Below are positions 1 through 10,170 of a stretch of 64,000 bases of DNA, in pieces (the first letter of the stretch is position 1; each line of letters starts with the position of its first letter). Source of the stretch: an uncultured virus (IMG/VR IMGVR_UViG_3300012274_000057) (lineage: Duplodnaviria > Heunggongvirae > Uroviricota > Caudoviricetes); the IMG/VR virus record IMGVR_UViG_3300012274_000057, positions 124,001 to 188,000 of that record. One strand, written 5' to 3'. The translations under genes were made by a program, and so were the position numbers. The notes under the pieces were generated by a model. That model did no database searches. It saw only the letters and a program-made list of their open reading frames with translations, and had not been told where the DNA came from.

Positions 1-91
1 ACTAAAAGACTTGAAAAGGAAAGTTTAAATATTAATGATAAGATTAGTATAACACCATTTACTGAAATCTAATTATAACGTTTACTTTGTA

Positions 92-103
92 AACATATAT
101 ATA
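92..103 (+). promoter_or_regulatory. late-type promoter motif AACA-N6-TA
   Basis: AACAtatataTA upstream of the RBS (GGAGG) and ATG 136. Confidence 0.65.
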
Positions 104-135
104 ATTATGAGTAAATTAAGATAGGAGGAAATAGA

Positions 136-945
136 ATGAAAAATAAAATTCTTCCTTTATTTGATAAAGGAAAAAATTACGATTCATGTTCAGTTCATAG
201 AACTAATATAGTTATAAAGAATGAGTTTACTGGAGAAGAAGTTTTCAGGGGTTCTAATAAAGTAATAATTGGAGGTTCAGCATTTACAGCTGCTAAGCAT
301 TGGAATATAGCACCACCAGTTTTTACGCCAACATATAATACTATAATGGGATTAGATAATTCTGTTATAGAACCTTATTCGGGTGATGGTATTAGAAAAG
401 AAGAACAGGTATTTTTATTTGCAGTAGGTACAGATGGCTGTGGACAAGAAAACTCACAAGTATTCGATGTAAATTATACTAAATGGATAGCTCCAGAAAA
501 TTTAGTTCCATTTAGATATCAATTAGAAACAAATGATATCGCAGGACATTTAAGAGATAAATATTTTGGAAGAAAAACAACAACAAATAGAATAGCTTAT
601 TATTTTAAAGCATTCGAGATGCCACCTCTATTTAAACAGCAATATGTAGATGGGACACCAATAGATGAAAATATTTATACATCAAGCAGAATAGAAGAAG
701 TTGAATCTTTTGTAGAAATAAATTTAAAAATAACTAAAGAAGATTGCAGAGACTTCTTTTTAGCAACAACAGGTATAAACGATGCTAGAATTAACACTAT
801 ATCTCTATTGACAGCATGGAAAAAAGAAATAGATGGTTATGTTTATTATCAAGATATTAGACCATTAACAAAGCTAAACTTTCCTAACGAGTCATTGATT
901 GATATGTCAAAAGGATTAGACATTATATACGATATATATTATTAA
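136..945 (+). CDS. hypothetical protein, probably a late/virion protein
   Basis: 269 aa ORF with AGGAGG RBS and a late-type motif upstream; no recognisable catalytic motif. Confidence 0.6.
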   Translation: MKNKILPLFDKGKNYDSCSVHRTNIVIKNEFTGEEVFRGSNKVIIGGSAFTAAKHWNIAPPVFTPTYNTIMGLDNSVIEPYSGDGIRKEEQVFLFAVGTDGCGQENSQVFDVNYTKWIAPENLVPFRYQLETNDIAGHLRDKYFGRKTTTNRIAYYFKAFEMPPLFKQQYVDGTPIDENIYTSSRIEEVESFVEINLKITKEDCRDFFLATTGINDARINTISLLTAWKKEIDGYVYYQDIRPLTKLNFPNESLIDMSKGLDIIYDIYY

Positions 946-951
946 AATAAT

Positions 952-982
952 AAAGAGGAGGTATAATCTCCTCTTTATTTTT
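952..982 (+). terminator. intrinsic terminator
   Basis: AAAGAGGAG-gtataat-CTCCTCTTT followed by a T-tract. Confidence 0.75.
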
Positions 983-999
983 TAGAGGAGGAATTAAAT

Positions 1000-2247
1000 A
1001 TGGCACAGAAAAGACAAATAAGAACAGCAAGAGCTGTTACTAAAAAAGAAGATATTGATTATTTAGTTAATATAAAAGAAGAAGATATTACAACAAGTTT
1101 TATAATGGATACATTTGCAGAATTTAATGGTAAAACTAGATTTGATCCATATGATACTATAACTATACCTCCTGGTTCTTATGGTCCAGAAGGAAAAAAG
1201 AATAAAAATTCATTTGACACAACAGTAGGATTATGGATTTTTAATAAATATTTTATAGAGAAAGATTTATTTAATTTATTTTTACCAAGTGGATATATAA
1301 ATAAGTCTATAGATAAGAAAACTTTTGGAATGATAAATACCAAATTATCCAGGGCGATATTAGAAGATGATATAGAATTAGAAGCATCAAAAAGATATTT
1401 AATGAAAACACAAAAGAGTATGCCTTATGTTAGTATATTATCTCCTAGCCATACATTAAGTTTATTATTAAGTCCTAAAGAAATAGAAAAAAAGAAAAAA
1501 GAACTAGCTAAAAAATATGCTAAAGAGTTAGAAGCAGGAGACGAAATAGTAGCGGAAAAAATAGAAACAGAGTTATTAGAATTTGCTAAGAGTTTTCTGG
1601 CAGGAGACCCTTCTATGGATTTCTATAATTCAGGAGCCAGAGGCTCATTTGGAAATAACTTTAAAAATATGTATGTAATGAAGGGTGCAATCAAAGATCC
1701 AGATCCAAACAAAGGTTATAATATCGCAATGTCAAATTATATGAATGGCATATCTAGAGAAGAATATGCAACATTCGCAAACTCATTAGCAGCTGGTCCT
1801 TATGCTAGAGGAAAGAAAACAGAAATCGGTGGTTATATGGAAAAACTATATTTATCGGCATTTCAACATATCACTTTAGACAAGCCTGGTTCAGATTGTC
1901 ATACTGATCAATATATAGAAGTTTTATTAGAAGGAAAATCAATAGATGATTATATGTATTCATATGTAATAGACGGAAATAATCTTGTAGAATTAACTTC
2001 TAAGACTATAGATAAATATAAAGGAAAGAAAGTTAAATTGAGATTCTCTTCTTTATGTAAGAGTAAAACAGGTATTTGTAATAAATGTGCTGGGACTTTA
2101 TTATATAGATTAGGATTAAAAAATGCAGGTATGACTTTACCAATAATACCTTCTACCCTAAAGAATTTAAGTATGAAAAGCTTCCATGATTCGAGCGTAG
2201 TAACAATAGAAATGGACCCTATGAAAGCATTTGGCGTACAAAAATAA
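1000..2247 (+). CDS. multisubunit RNA polymerase beta'-like subunit, C-terminal part (split phage RNAP)
   Basis: SGARGS motif; SNYMNGISREEY...KTEIGGYMEK bridge-helix-like region; SDC...CKSKTGICNKCAG Zn site; LKNLSMKSFH resembles the beta' trigger loop (TQLTMRTFH). Confidence 0.85.
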   Translation: MAQKRQIRTARAVTKKEDIDYLVNIKEEDITTSFIMDTFAEFNGKTRFDPYDTITIPPGSYGPEGKKNKNSFDTTVGLWIFNKYFIEKDLFNLFLPSGYINKSIDKKTFGMINTKLSRAILEDDIELEASKRYLMKTQKSMPYVSILSPSHTLSLLLSPKEIEKKKKELAKKYAKELEAGDEIVAEKIETELLEFAKSFLAGDPSMDFYNSGARGSFGNNFKNMYVMKGAIKDPDPNKGYNIAMSNYMNGISREEYATFANSLAAGPYARGKKTEIGGYMEKLYLSAFQHITLDKPGSDCHTDQYIEVLLEGKSIDDYMYSYVIDGNNLVELTSKTIDKYKGKKVKLRFSSLCKSKTGICNKCAGTLLYRLGLKNAGMTLPIIPSTLKNLSMKSFHDSSVVTIEMDPMKAFGVQK

Positions 2248-2288
2248 TGAAAATATCGAAAAACAAAGTACTTTCTTATTATTAACAT

Positions 2289-2300
2289 AACATATAATTA
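2289..2300 (+). promoter_or_regulatory. late-type promoter motif AACA-N6-TA
   Basis: AACAtataatTA upstream of the RBS of the HNH gene. Confidence 0.6.
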
Positions 2301-2325
2301 ATTAAATAATAAGGAGGAAACAGAA

Positions 2326-3225
2326 ATGATAGACTTAAATGAAATTTATATTCCAAAGACAGAGAATTTATTATTCGAGAACCCAATTAATCCAGGAGAT
2401 GAATTATATTATTACATGGGAAGAAAGGAAATATTCTATCTAATAGATTTTTTTGGCGTAAAAGAAAATTCATATTATATTAGTAATTATGGTAGAGTAT
2501 TTAGTCTTTTAAAAAGAAAACAATTAGAAGGAATATATGTACCTGATGAAATAGGAAATTGTTATTTTAGGGTGTCATTGACTATGAGAGACGGAGGTCT
2601 AAAAACAATGTCGGTCCATCGACTTGTGGCAATGGCATTTCTACCTAAATCTATTAACGATTTTCAAAAAAGTAGGGATATAGTAAACCATAAAGACTAT
2701 ATTAAATCTAATAATGTTATGTGGAATCTGGAATGGATGAGCAATCAGGAAAATGTAAATTATTCAGTTGGTCATCAAATAACTAAAGATATGTTTCTAG
2801 TTACATTTGATAGAACTAGTCAAGATCCAAATAAGAGACAATTTGGAGAAACAAGACTTACTGAAACCGAAGTTCATCTTATATGTAAAGCATTAGAAGA
2901 TGGTAGTTCATATGATCAGTGTTGCCAGTTCGCAAGAATAAAAAATACTCCTGCTAATAAGACTATTATATGTAATATAGCAGCAGGAAGAAGATGGCAA
3001 GAAATATCATCTCAATATAATATCCAAAGAGAGATGAGAAAAATGACTGATTTATCTAGTTATATAATTCCAGTATGTGAATTATTACAAGAAGGAAAAA
3101 TGAATATAAAACAAATAGTTCAGTATTTAAATATTCCTGGAAGTTATGATTCAGCAAGGATGTTTGTCTCTTCAATTAAGAATAGAAAAACATATACTAA
3201 TATATCAAAAGATTATTCATTTTAA
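2326..3225 (+). CDS. HNH homing endonuclease (NUMOD4-like N-terminus, helical C-terminal repeats)
   Basis: YYISNYGRVFS, VHRLVAMAFLP and VNHKDYIKSNNVMWNLEW motifs. Confidence 0.85.
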   Translation: MIDLNEIYIPKTENLLFENPINPGDELYYYMGRKEIFYLIDFFGVKENSYYISNYGRVFSLLKRKQLEGIYVPDEIGNCYFRVSLTMRDGGLKTMSVHRLVAMAFLPKSINDFQKSRDIVNHKDYIKSNNVMWNLEWMSNQENVNYSVGHQITKDMFLVTFDRTSQDPNKRQFGETRLTETEVHLICKALEDGSSYDQCCQFARIKNTPANKTIICNIAAGRRWQEISSQYNIQREMRKMTDLSSYIIPVCELLQEGKMNIKQIVQYLNIPGSYDSARMFVSSIKNRKTYTNISKDYSF

Positions 3226-3226
3226 T

Positions 3227-3261
3227 CAAGCTATACTTTAATTGGTATAGCTTGTCTTTTT
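3227..3261 (+). terminator. intrinsic terminator
   Basis: CAAGCTATAC...GTATAGCTTG stem plus T-tract. Confidence 0.7.
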
Positions 3262-3320
3262 CATTTTATACATAATATCAAACTATTATATAATAGATAA
3301 TAATAAGGGAGAGATTAATA

Positions 3321-4019
3321 ATGACAAATGAATGGATTGAAAATGAATTAGACTTATATGAAAATGCACATAATATCAAACTTAATAAAGAAGAAATAAA
3401 AGGTGTTATAGAAATCTTTAAAGCACAAGGACATAGTGGTTTTAGTGCTAGTTATGCTATTGGTTACATTAAACGCCTCATATTAACGCATGATGAAACA
3501 AAAAGAGATTTAGAGAAAATGTTAAAATCAGAGGATAAAGATGGAACACAAAAACTCATAACAGATAATATATTTGATATATATAATGCATGTGAAAATT
3601 TGAATGTATCCGAAGTAGGATTAGTATTATCTTTATTAGACCATAAACCTCTTACCCCATTAACAGGTGAAGACGATGAATGGGGCGAAATATTTGATGA
3701 TAATATACAACAGAATAAAAGATGTTCTGCAGTTTTTAGAGAGAAATATGACAATGGTCTTATAATACCATATTATTTAGATGATGCTATATATTCTGAT
3801 GATGGAGGACTATCATTCTATACTACTAATAAATTTGGTAGAAAAGAAATAACTTTTCCATTTACAATACCAGAAAATTCTCAATCTATATATTTATATT
3901 ATAACGAGGAAGGTATGAGACCTATAATATTAACTAATCCAGAGACTATTAAAAAACTAAAAAGTATTATTGAAGATAAAAAAGAGAATGAAGCTATTAT
4001 AGATGAAAAAGTATTATAA
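3321..4019 (+). CDS. phage hypothetical protein
   Basis: 232 aa with RBS; QGHSGFSA and KPLTPLTGEDDEW motifs resemble a widespread uncharacterised phage family (from recall). Confidence 0.7.
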   Translation: MTNEWIENELDLYENAHNIKLNKEEIKGVIEIFKAQGHSGFSASYAIGYIKRLILTHDETKRDLEKMLKSEDKDGTQKLITDNIFDIYNACENLNVSEVGLVLSLLDHKPLTPLTGEDDEWGEIFDDNIQQNKRCSAVFREKYDNGLIIPYYLDDAIYSDDGGLSFYTTNKFGRKEITFPFTIPENSQSIYLYYNEEGMRPIILTNPETIKKLKSIIEDKKENEAIIDEKVL

Positions 4020-4096
4020 AATTAATGCAGCATTATTGAATAAATAAATATAAAGGTTATACCATATGGTATAACCTTTTAAAATATTTTTATACT

Positions 4097-4107
4097 TATA
4101 TATTATA
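4097..4107 (+). promoter_or_regulatory. early-type promoter motif TATATATTATA
   Basis: exact motif just after a terminator, upstream of a small-gene cluster. Confidence 0.7.
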
Positions 4108-4143
4108 TACATGAATAAAAATATAAAGGAGTTGAAAAAAGTA

Positions 4144-4221
4144 ATGAAAATTGCAGCAATAATTATATCATTAGTGGCAATACTTTTAAATATAATTACT
4201 TTATTTATTAGAAGAAAATAA
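4144..4221 (+). CDS. 25-aa single-transmembrane peptide (not in ORF track)
   Basis: AAGGAG upstream; MKIAAIIISLVAILLNIITLFIRRK*. Confidence 0.55.
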   Translation: MKIAAIIISLVAILLNIITLFIRRK

Positions 4222-4237
4222 AAGGAGATGTTTTATC

Positions 4238-4456
4238 ATGAATAATTTTATTGTTCAAGAAAACCTTGCAAAAGATTTGGAACTATTCCAGAAGGAAAAT
4301 ATATGTAACCACGCTTCAAATCAATGCAAATCATGTGTGTTTAATATTGAAAATGGATGTGCATATAATTTAGTTATTAATGTACTATCTAATAATTTGA
4401 GTTTTGATAAAGAAATAAGTAAAAAACAATATAAGGAGATTATAGGATTTAAATAA
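4238..4456 (+). CDS. small Cys-containing hypothetical protein
   Basis: AAGGAG RBS; C..CKSC..C cluster. Confidence 0.6.
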   Translation: MNNFIVQENLAKDLELFQKENICNHASNQCKSCVFNIENGCAYNLVINVLSNNLSFDKEISKKQYKEIIGFK

Positions 4457-4494
4457 TTAATTTGTAGGTGTTGCGAAGAAAGGAGATTAGATAA

Positions 4495-4737
4495 ATGAAT
4501 AATCTTGAAAGAAAACATTATGAACTTTTAAGAAAAAATTTCAATATTCTAATTAAAATGATTTTAGGTACGGGCTATTATACTATAGCTTCACAAGTTT
4601 ACGATTCGGACGTTGAAGCCTTTATAGACATGAAGGAAAAGATATATAAACTTAAATGTAATTTAAAGATGTGGAGAAGAATTGCAATAGTTATGATTGT
4701 AATTACAATACGATTAATTCTTCTAGCATTATTATAA
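4495..4737 (+). CDS. small protein with C-terminal TM helix; paralog of 61779-62030
   Basis: RBS; shares YExLRK, ILGxxYY and VYxxD with 61779-62030. Confidence 0.65.
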   Translation: MNNLERKHYELLRKNFNILIKMILGTGYYTIASQVYDSDVEAFIDMKEKIYKLKCNLKMWRRIAIVMIVITIRLILLALL

Positions 4738-4759
4738 ATAAATTTCAGGGGGAAATAGT

Positions 4760-5872
4760 ATGAAAAAAATTAAAAATCAAATAATGAAAATACTAGACGA
4801 ATCAGGAATAGAATGTGCTAATTCTATAGAATATGGTACATGCAATGGTGCGTTAATATGGTTTAAAGTATTAGATAGTAAGAGAAGATTATTACTAGTT
4901 AACGATAATGGAAAAACTGAACAAATAATTAGATATTGTGATGAAATGAATATGGTCATAATTAAAAATTTAGTAACAGGTCTCATTACTTCTACTGTGT
5001 ATAATAAACTTAATCTTAAAACATTTACATCTATTTATATTATATCAAATGATGAAAAAATTAGTGGTATGTTAAAAGAAGATAAAAACGTAGTATCACG
5101 TACTACCTATAAATATAATAGAAATAGAAAAGTTAAATGGTCACAACAAATTTCAAATTTTAATACAATTACAACTAAATATATTTATGAAGGTAATAAA
5201 TTAATAAAGGAAATCGAAGAAACCGAATATAAATTAGAAAAAGAAATTTGTAAAAATACTATTAAAGTAAGAATATTAGAATATTTCGAAGACACTGACA
5301 TTCTAAAAAGGGATTATACTACAGTAAATGACAAAATGAAATCAGAAATCTTATTTAATGAAAAAGGTGAAATTTTACATTTTCTAGATAATTATTATAT
5401 ACAGCGTGATTACTTATATAAAAATAATTTATTATCAGCAATTGTAGTATCGAACAAAGAAACAGGAAAAATATTACAAGTATCTGATTATGAATACAAT
5501 AAAAATGCTAATCAAATATGTGACAACGCACATATTGATGGACGTAACTATTGCAATTATTACGAATATGATGATCAAAATAGACGTACTATAATGATAT
5601 CATATGCAGAAGGTAAATGGCTTTCTACTATATATTATGAATATTATATTATCAATGGTAATAATATAATTAAACAAACTGAAAGAAGAGATAAAGGATT
5701 TATAAGTATAATCATATTATCTAATAATAAATATCTTAGCCAGTTAACACATTTCTTTGATAATATAAAACCATCAATGGTATTTACGGGTTATGATGAA
5801 AATGGAAGAGAGATACAAAGAATAGAGGATGGTAAAATTGAGATACTAGAATATAATACTATAAAACTATAA
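4760..5872 (+). CDS. Tyr-rich YD-like repeat protein
   Basis: recurrent YEYD/YDENGR-type beta-hairpin motifs. Confidence 0.6.
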   Translation: MKKIKNQIMKILDESGIECANSIEYGTCNGALIWFKVLDSKRRLLLVNDNGKTEQIIRYCDEMNMVIIKNLVTGLITSTVYNKLNLKTFTSIYIISNDEKISGMLKEDKNVVSRTTYKYNRNRKVKWSQQISNFNTITTKYIYEGNKLIKEIEETEYKLEKEICKNTIKVRILEYFEDTDILKRDYTTVNDKMKSEILFNEKGEILHFLDNYYIQRDYLYKNNLLSAIVVSNKETGKILQVSDYEYNKNANQICDNAHIDGRNYCNYYEYDDQNRRTIMISYAEGKWLSTIYYEYYIINGNNIIKQTERRDKGFISIIILSNNKYLSQLTHFFDNIKPSMVFTGYDENGREIQRIEDGKIEILEYNTIKL

Positions 5873-5936
5873 TTAAAAAAAAATAACTTTATGACCAAAC
5901 CCAAAAAAAAATAATTAAATATAGGAGAATTAAATT

Positions 5937-6362
5937 ATGAAAGTAAATGTTATCTTGGCAAAATGTAAAGATGGTTCGGTAGAATGTATCTCAATATTAA
6001 CAACAAATGTAGAACCTGAGAAATATATTTCTCAGAATGATAAATATGTATATTTCTGGTTAGAGAAAGATATAGAAGTAGTAATGGCAAATATGTGCTC
6101 CGATAAAATTACAGAATTGGATATATATCTAGCATATAATCATAATTGTGAATATCATATATTAGGAATAACTCCTAAGGATGCCCTAAACATGCATTAT
6201 TTTTATGGTAAAGCCTTAGATGAGTCGTTTGTAGTTACAGTACAAACGCTTAAAATCAATGCTACTCAAGAAACAAAACTACCAATAATATGCCCTAAAT
6301 GTTATAACAAAATAGATACTATGATATGTCCTAAATGTAATACACATAATTCTAGTATATAA
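5937..6362 (+). CDS. hypothetical protein with C-terminal zinc ribbon
   Basis: CPKC...CPKC at the C-terminus; GGAG RBS. Confidence 0.65.
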   Translation: MKVNVILAKCKDGSVECISILTTNVEPEKYISQNDKYVYFWLEKDIEVVMANMCSDKITELDIYLAYNHNCEYHILGITPKDALNMHYFYGKALDESFVVTVQTLKINATQETKLPIICPKCYNKIDTMICPKCNTHNSSI

Positions 6363-6390
6363 ATATAAAATTAGGTTGTTAATTTGTAGT

Positions 6391-6421
6391 AAAGAGGTAT
6401 TATAATACCTCTTTATTTTTT
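6391..6421 (+). terminator. intrinsic terminator
   Basis: AAAGAGGTATTATAATACCTCTTT palindrome plus T-tract. Confidence 0.75.
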
Positions 6422-6442
6422 GTAAAAGTATTATTTTTTAGG

Positions 6443-6453
6443 TATATATTATA
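6443..6453 (+). promoter_or_regulatory. early-type promoter motif TATATATTATA
   Basis: exact motif after a terminator, upstream of 6525. Confidence 0.7.
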
Positions 6454-6524
6454 AATATGTATAGAAAGTTGATAGTAATCTTTTATATATAATAAAATAT
6501 GAAACTATCAGAAGGAGTAATAAA

Positions 6525-6956
6525 ATGAAAAAATATACTAAACAACAAATCTTAAACATTCTTAAATACGAGTTAAGCAGGACTGAATTGGAAAAACTAT
6601 ATAATAGTTTAGAAGAAGGGTACTATACTCTAGATAAGACTTCAGATATATCTATGCTTAAGGAAAGATATGTGTATATAAAAGATATTTATCATGATAA
6701 TAAAGATGATATCGAATTAATAGTAGAATCCAAGGAATTGTTAAATCTAGGATATTCTAAAGCAGGATTTATTAATAGATATGAGACAAATTATGAAAAT
6801 TATAATTTTAATAAATGTGATTTTCTAAGAAGAGATACAATTATTCAATCTGAGAATAAAAAACATGTGCTGCTAAACAAAATTTGTAATAAAATAAATG
6901 GTATGATTAGTAATGTATATGAATTAATTTTCTATGTTCCTGTCCAAACATATTAG
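6525..6956 (+). CDS. hypothetical protein
   Basis: 143 aa ORF with AAGGAG RBS. Confidence 0.6.
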   Translation: MKKYTKQQILNILKYELSRTELEKLYNSLEEGYYTLDKTSDISMLKERYVYIKDIYHDNKDDIELIVESKELLNLGYSKAGFINRYETNYENYNFNKCDFLRRDTIIQSENKKHVLLNKICNKINGMISNVYELIFYVPVQTY

Positions 6957-7554
6957 GAGGAACTATGATATGAGAGAATTATTAATCACTATTATTGAAA
7001 ATGAGAGTAGCAATAAAAATATAGATATTCATACTACATTAGATTTTTCAGCAGAAATAAGAAGGAGATATGAAAATATGAAGAATAATTGTAAGAGATT
7101 TGGACAAAATTTAGGTTCTATATATGAAGATATGGAATGTATGTTGTGTGATAAGCAAAGTGAATGTGATATTAAATATAGAGAAACCTTACTTGCAAAA
7201 AGAAATAAAGAGGCTTGTAGACCTTGTACAGGATGCAGAGAATTAATTCAATGTAAAAAATATAAATATGGAAAAAGATGTATAGGTCAATATGAACTAT
7301 CTCATGAATATAATGAATGCACACGTTGTAATTGTAGATTTAATTGTATACAATTCTCAGGGGAAAAAGTATCATTTAAATGTATTAAAGATTTAATAGC
7401 AATTAGAGATGGACAGGAATATAGATTCTTTAAAAATAAAGAATATACTTTTATTAAAATATGTAATACTTTGATTTATGAATATACTATAATTACAATA
7501 AATCAAAATAATTTAAAAGAATATTTAATTCCTATATCAGAAGATTTAATATAG
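6934..7554 (+). CDS. Cys-rich hypothetical protein (start probably ATG 6970)
   Basis: multiple CxxC clusters; AGGAGG at about 6955-6960. Confidence 0.6.
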   Translation: MFLSKHIRRNYDMRELLITIIENESSNKNIDIHTTLDFSAEIRRRYENMKNNCKRFGQNLGSIYEDMECMLCDKQSECDIKYRETLLAKRNKEACRPCTGCRELIQCKKYKYGKRCIGQYELSHEYNECTRCNCRFNCIQFSGEKVSFKCIKDLIAIRDGQEYRFFKNKEYTFIKICNTLIYEYTIITINQNNLKEYLIPISEDLI

Positions 7555-7712
7555 AAAGAGGTATTTATTATGGTACATGATTTAAATAATAGCATTATAA
7601 TTTCAAAAGATTCAAAATTTGATAGAGGATTTATTCCAAACAATAAATTATTATTTGCAAATTATCTAAAATAGACGTAAGTATATCTATATCATAATAT
7701 AAAAAATTTAAG

Positions 7713-7738
7713 ATATATATATATATATATATATATAT
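7713..7738. repeat. (AT)13 dinucleotide tract
   Basis: directly visible intergenic tract. Confidence 0.9.
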
Positions 7739-7774
7739 AAGACCCAAAATAAAAAAATAAAGGGGGAAAATATA

Positions 7775-8101
7775 TTGTTATCAGGTAATGTAATATTAGA
7801 TAAAATTTATAAAGAGGCGAAAGGATTCAATGGTGCTGGAGGATTTACAGATATTCCATCATTTGAACAATTCGAAAAAGAATTACCTGAATTTATTAAC
7901 GATTGTAAATTACCTAGACACTTAGAAGAGATAATTAATATGTCCTATACTAAACAGTATAAGACAATTAAAGATGTAATAAATGAATATAACAAAATAT
8001 CATATCCTCGAGCGATGGATATACTTCGTATTACTGGATGGACATATTATACGTATAAATGTGAAGATAATAAATCTAATGTATTAAAGAAAGAGGTATA
8101 A
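7775..8101 (+). CDS. hypothetical protein
   Basis: TTG start after AAGGGGG; 108 aa. Confidence 0.55.
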   Translation: MLSGNVILDKIYKEAKGFNGAGGFTDIPSFEQFEKELPEFINDCKLPRHLEEIINMSYTKQYKTIKDVINEYNKISYPRAMDILRITGWTYYTYKCEDNKSNVLKKEV

Positions 8102-8104
8102 ATA

Positions 8105-8485
8105 ATGGAAAAGAAATATACAATAGCTACAGAATATATATTTAAAATAGAAAGAGATTATGAAGAAAATGATACTATGCAATTTGTAATATCGGTTACT
8201 GAAAATAACAATGTGCTATTTATGATTTATATAAGTTATCCTAATATAAAACTTGAACCTTTTAATTATGATGCTTATTATAAATATATAGCTGAATATA
8301 ATTTACGAATTCATATGAACAATCATATGGTATTAGAATTTGAAGACTGTACCATCTTTAAAAATATATTTAATAATGTAGATAATATGTGTAAAGAATT
8401 ACATATATTATCTGAAGATTATATTAATCAAAACAACTTAAATTTTAAGAATTACATTTTTAAGGAGATTAAAAATGAAGAATAA
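8105..8485 (+). CDS. hypothetical protein
   Basis: GAGG RBS; operon-like spacing. Confidence 0.6.
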   Translation: MEKKYTIATEYIFKIERDYEENDTMQFVISVTENNNVLFMIYISYPNIKLEPFNYDAYYKYIAEYNLRIHMNNHMVLEFEDCTIFKNIFNNVDNMCKELHILSEDYINQNNLNFKNYIFKEIKNEE

Positions 8486-8990
8486 TTTAATAATACAACA
8501 AATATTAATTATTAATGAAATAGATGATTCTGAATATCAAGAAATCAGAAATCCATTGAATAAATATGCTTTATCATATGTAAAACATGATTGTTCAAAA
8601 GAAGATATAGAGTATATGTTGAGTAATATATCTTTGAATGATTCATATATTTATATTATAAATAAAAATGGAAATGAAATTAAATTTGATGCATCTGATG
8701 ATACTATCACTAAAATATATGAATTTATGAATAATAATATTAATATTGAAAAATCTAAAGAAATACATTTACAACTCACACGATTAGAACTAATAGATTG
8801 TGATAATATTATATTTATAAATTATTATGGATTTAAAAATAATAATATAAGAACTAACGATTTCGGAGGTAATAATTCGCCAAGTGAATTTGATGGAGAT
8901 CCTCTTATCATAGATGATACTGATTATACAAATAAGATTCTTAATAAAGGTAGAAATTCAATATATATTAAACGGGGTAAACTAAAATAG
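8475..8990 (+). CDS. hypothetical protein
   Basis: AAGGAG RBS; overlaps the upstream stop. Confidence 0.6.
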   Translation: MKNNLIIQQILIINEIDDSEYQEIRNPLNKYALSYVKHDCSKEDIEYMLSNISLNDSYIYIINKNGNEIKFDASDDTITKIYEFMNNNINIEKSKEIHLQLTRLELIDCDNIIFINYYGFKNNNIRTNDFGGNNSPSEFDGDPLIIDDTDYTNKILNKGRNSIYIKRGKLK

Positions 8991-9094
8991 TATGGTTCCA
9001 TGGAGTAAAAAAGAGAGTCCTAAACTCTCTTTTTTATTTTTTACCAATACTCCCACATTAAAATAATAATTATTTTATAAAAGGGGAATGGGAT

Positions 9095-9415
9095 ATGTCA
9101 AATATAAATTATTTTGAAGTAGACAAATTAGAAACAAATCCATACTTTAGAGAAGAAGAATTAAAAAAACACATTAACAGATTAGCTAAACATTTTAAAG
9201 GAAATTATTATTTAATTATTGGAATTGCTACCCATACAGAAACAGAAGAAAAAATGGTAATTTATAAAGCTTTATATGGAGAGTGCAAAATGTATACAAG
9301 ACCAATGAAAATGTTTTTAGAAAAATGCACTAAAGAACAACGTGAATTATATGGACAAGAATATAGATTTGAATTTGTTAATTTAAGAGGAGTAACAAAA
9401 TACGATAAGGAATGA
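9095..9415 (+). CDS. DUF1653-family protein
   Basis: HFKGNYY...ATHTETEEKMVIYKALYG...RPMKMF...QEYRFE signature. Confidence 0.8.
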   Translation: MSNINYFEVDKLETNPYFREEELKKHINRLAKHFKGNYYLIIGIATHTETEEKMVIYKALYGECKMYTRPMKMFLEKCTKEQRELYGQEYRFEFVNLRGVTKYDKE

Positions 9416-9480
9416 TTTAATAAAATGAGAGTATTATATAATACTCTCAGATACATATTGTAAAAGTATATATAATGAAT

Positions 9481-9491
9481 TATATATTATA
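9481..9491 (+). promoter_or_regulatory. early-type promoter motif TATATATTATA
   Basis: exact motif upstream of 9562. Confidence 0.65.
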
Positions 9492-9561
9492 TTAGTGTAT
9501 AAAAAGTTTGTAAGTATCTTTATACATTTAAATTTTCAAACTTACAGAAGGAGAATTAATT

Positions 9562-10170
9562 ATGAAAAAAGAATTAAAATCAATATCAATGAAAAAGGTA
9601 GAAGGCGGTTCAGAACTAACTATAGTAGAATTTATACCATCTGGAGAAAATTTAGAAAAATATATACAAGAAAAAGTAATGGAATACAATAAATCTGATG
9701 AGTTATCTAATATGCTTCAAATGGATAATTTCTCAGCCAGAAATTTCTCAGCCAGAGGTGTTATAGTACCATATTACAAATTGAGACCTGTTCGTAGTCC
9801 ACATATTACAGCGGGAAATATAAGAAAAATTGCTATAAAAACTAGACGTCATCACCTATCAGCAGATCCATCTAATTTTTCTAGTATGGAGTCAATTTTT
9901 GAAATAAAAAATAAAGAAGAAATACCGATGAGGAAATATAGTAGAAAGGTGCCAGTAATGAAAGGTGATAACAATATTTCATGTGGTATACAGCCTATCT
10001 TTTCAAATATTTTTTCTAAAGATACAGAAATAGAAAAACGTAATGAGTCAACATTGATAGATGATTTTGATGGAGAATTAAATATGAAAAAAATATATGG
10101 AGAGTATAGATGCAGATATAGTTACAAGGGGAGTGAGGGTTACAACTGTAAAATTTATACCAACTATTGA
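9562..10170 (+). CDS. hypothetical protein (3' end uncertain, see frameshift finding)
   Basis: GAAGGAG RBS; N-terminus resembles that of the downstream HTH gene. Confidence 0.55.
   Translation: MKKELKSISMKKVEGGSELTIVEFIPSGENLEKYIQEKVMEYNKSDELSNMLQMDNFSARNFSARGVIVPYYKLRPVRSPHITAGNIRKIAIKTRRHHLSADPSNFSSMESIFEIKNKEEIPMRKYSRKVPVMKGDNNISCGIQPIFSNIFSKDTEIEKRNESTLIDDFDGELNMKKIYGEYRCRYSYKGSEGYNCKIYTNY
9727..9756 (+). repeat. perfect 15-bp tandem duplication (NFSAR x2)
   Basis: AATTTCTCAGCCAGA repeated twice in frame. Confidence 0.9.

Noticed and set aside
7570..7674. 34-aa ORF with GAGG RBS
   Set aside because: Too short and featureless to support; may be a remnant.
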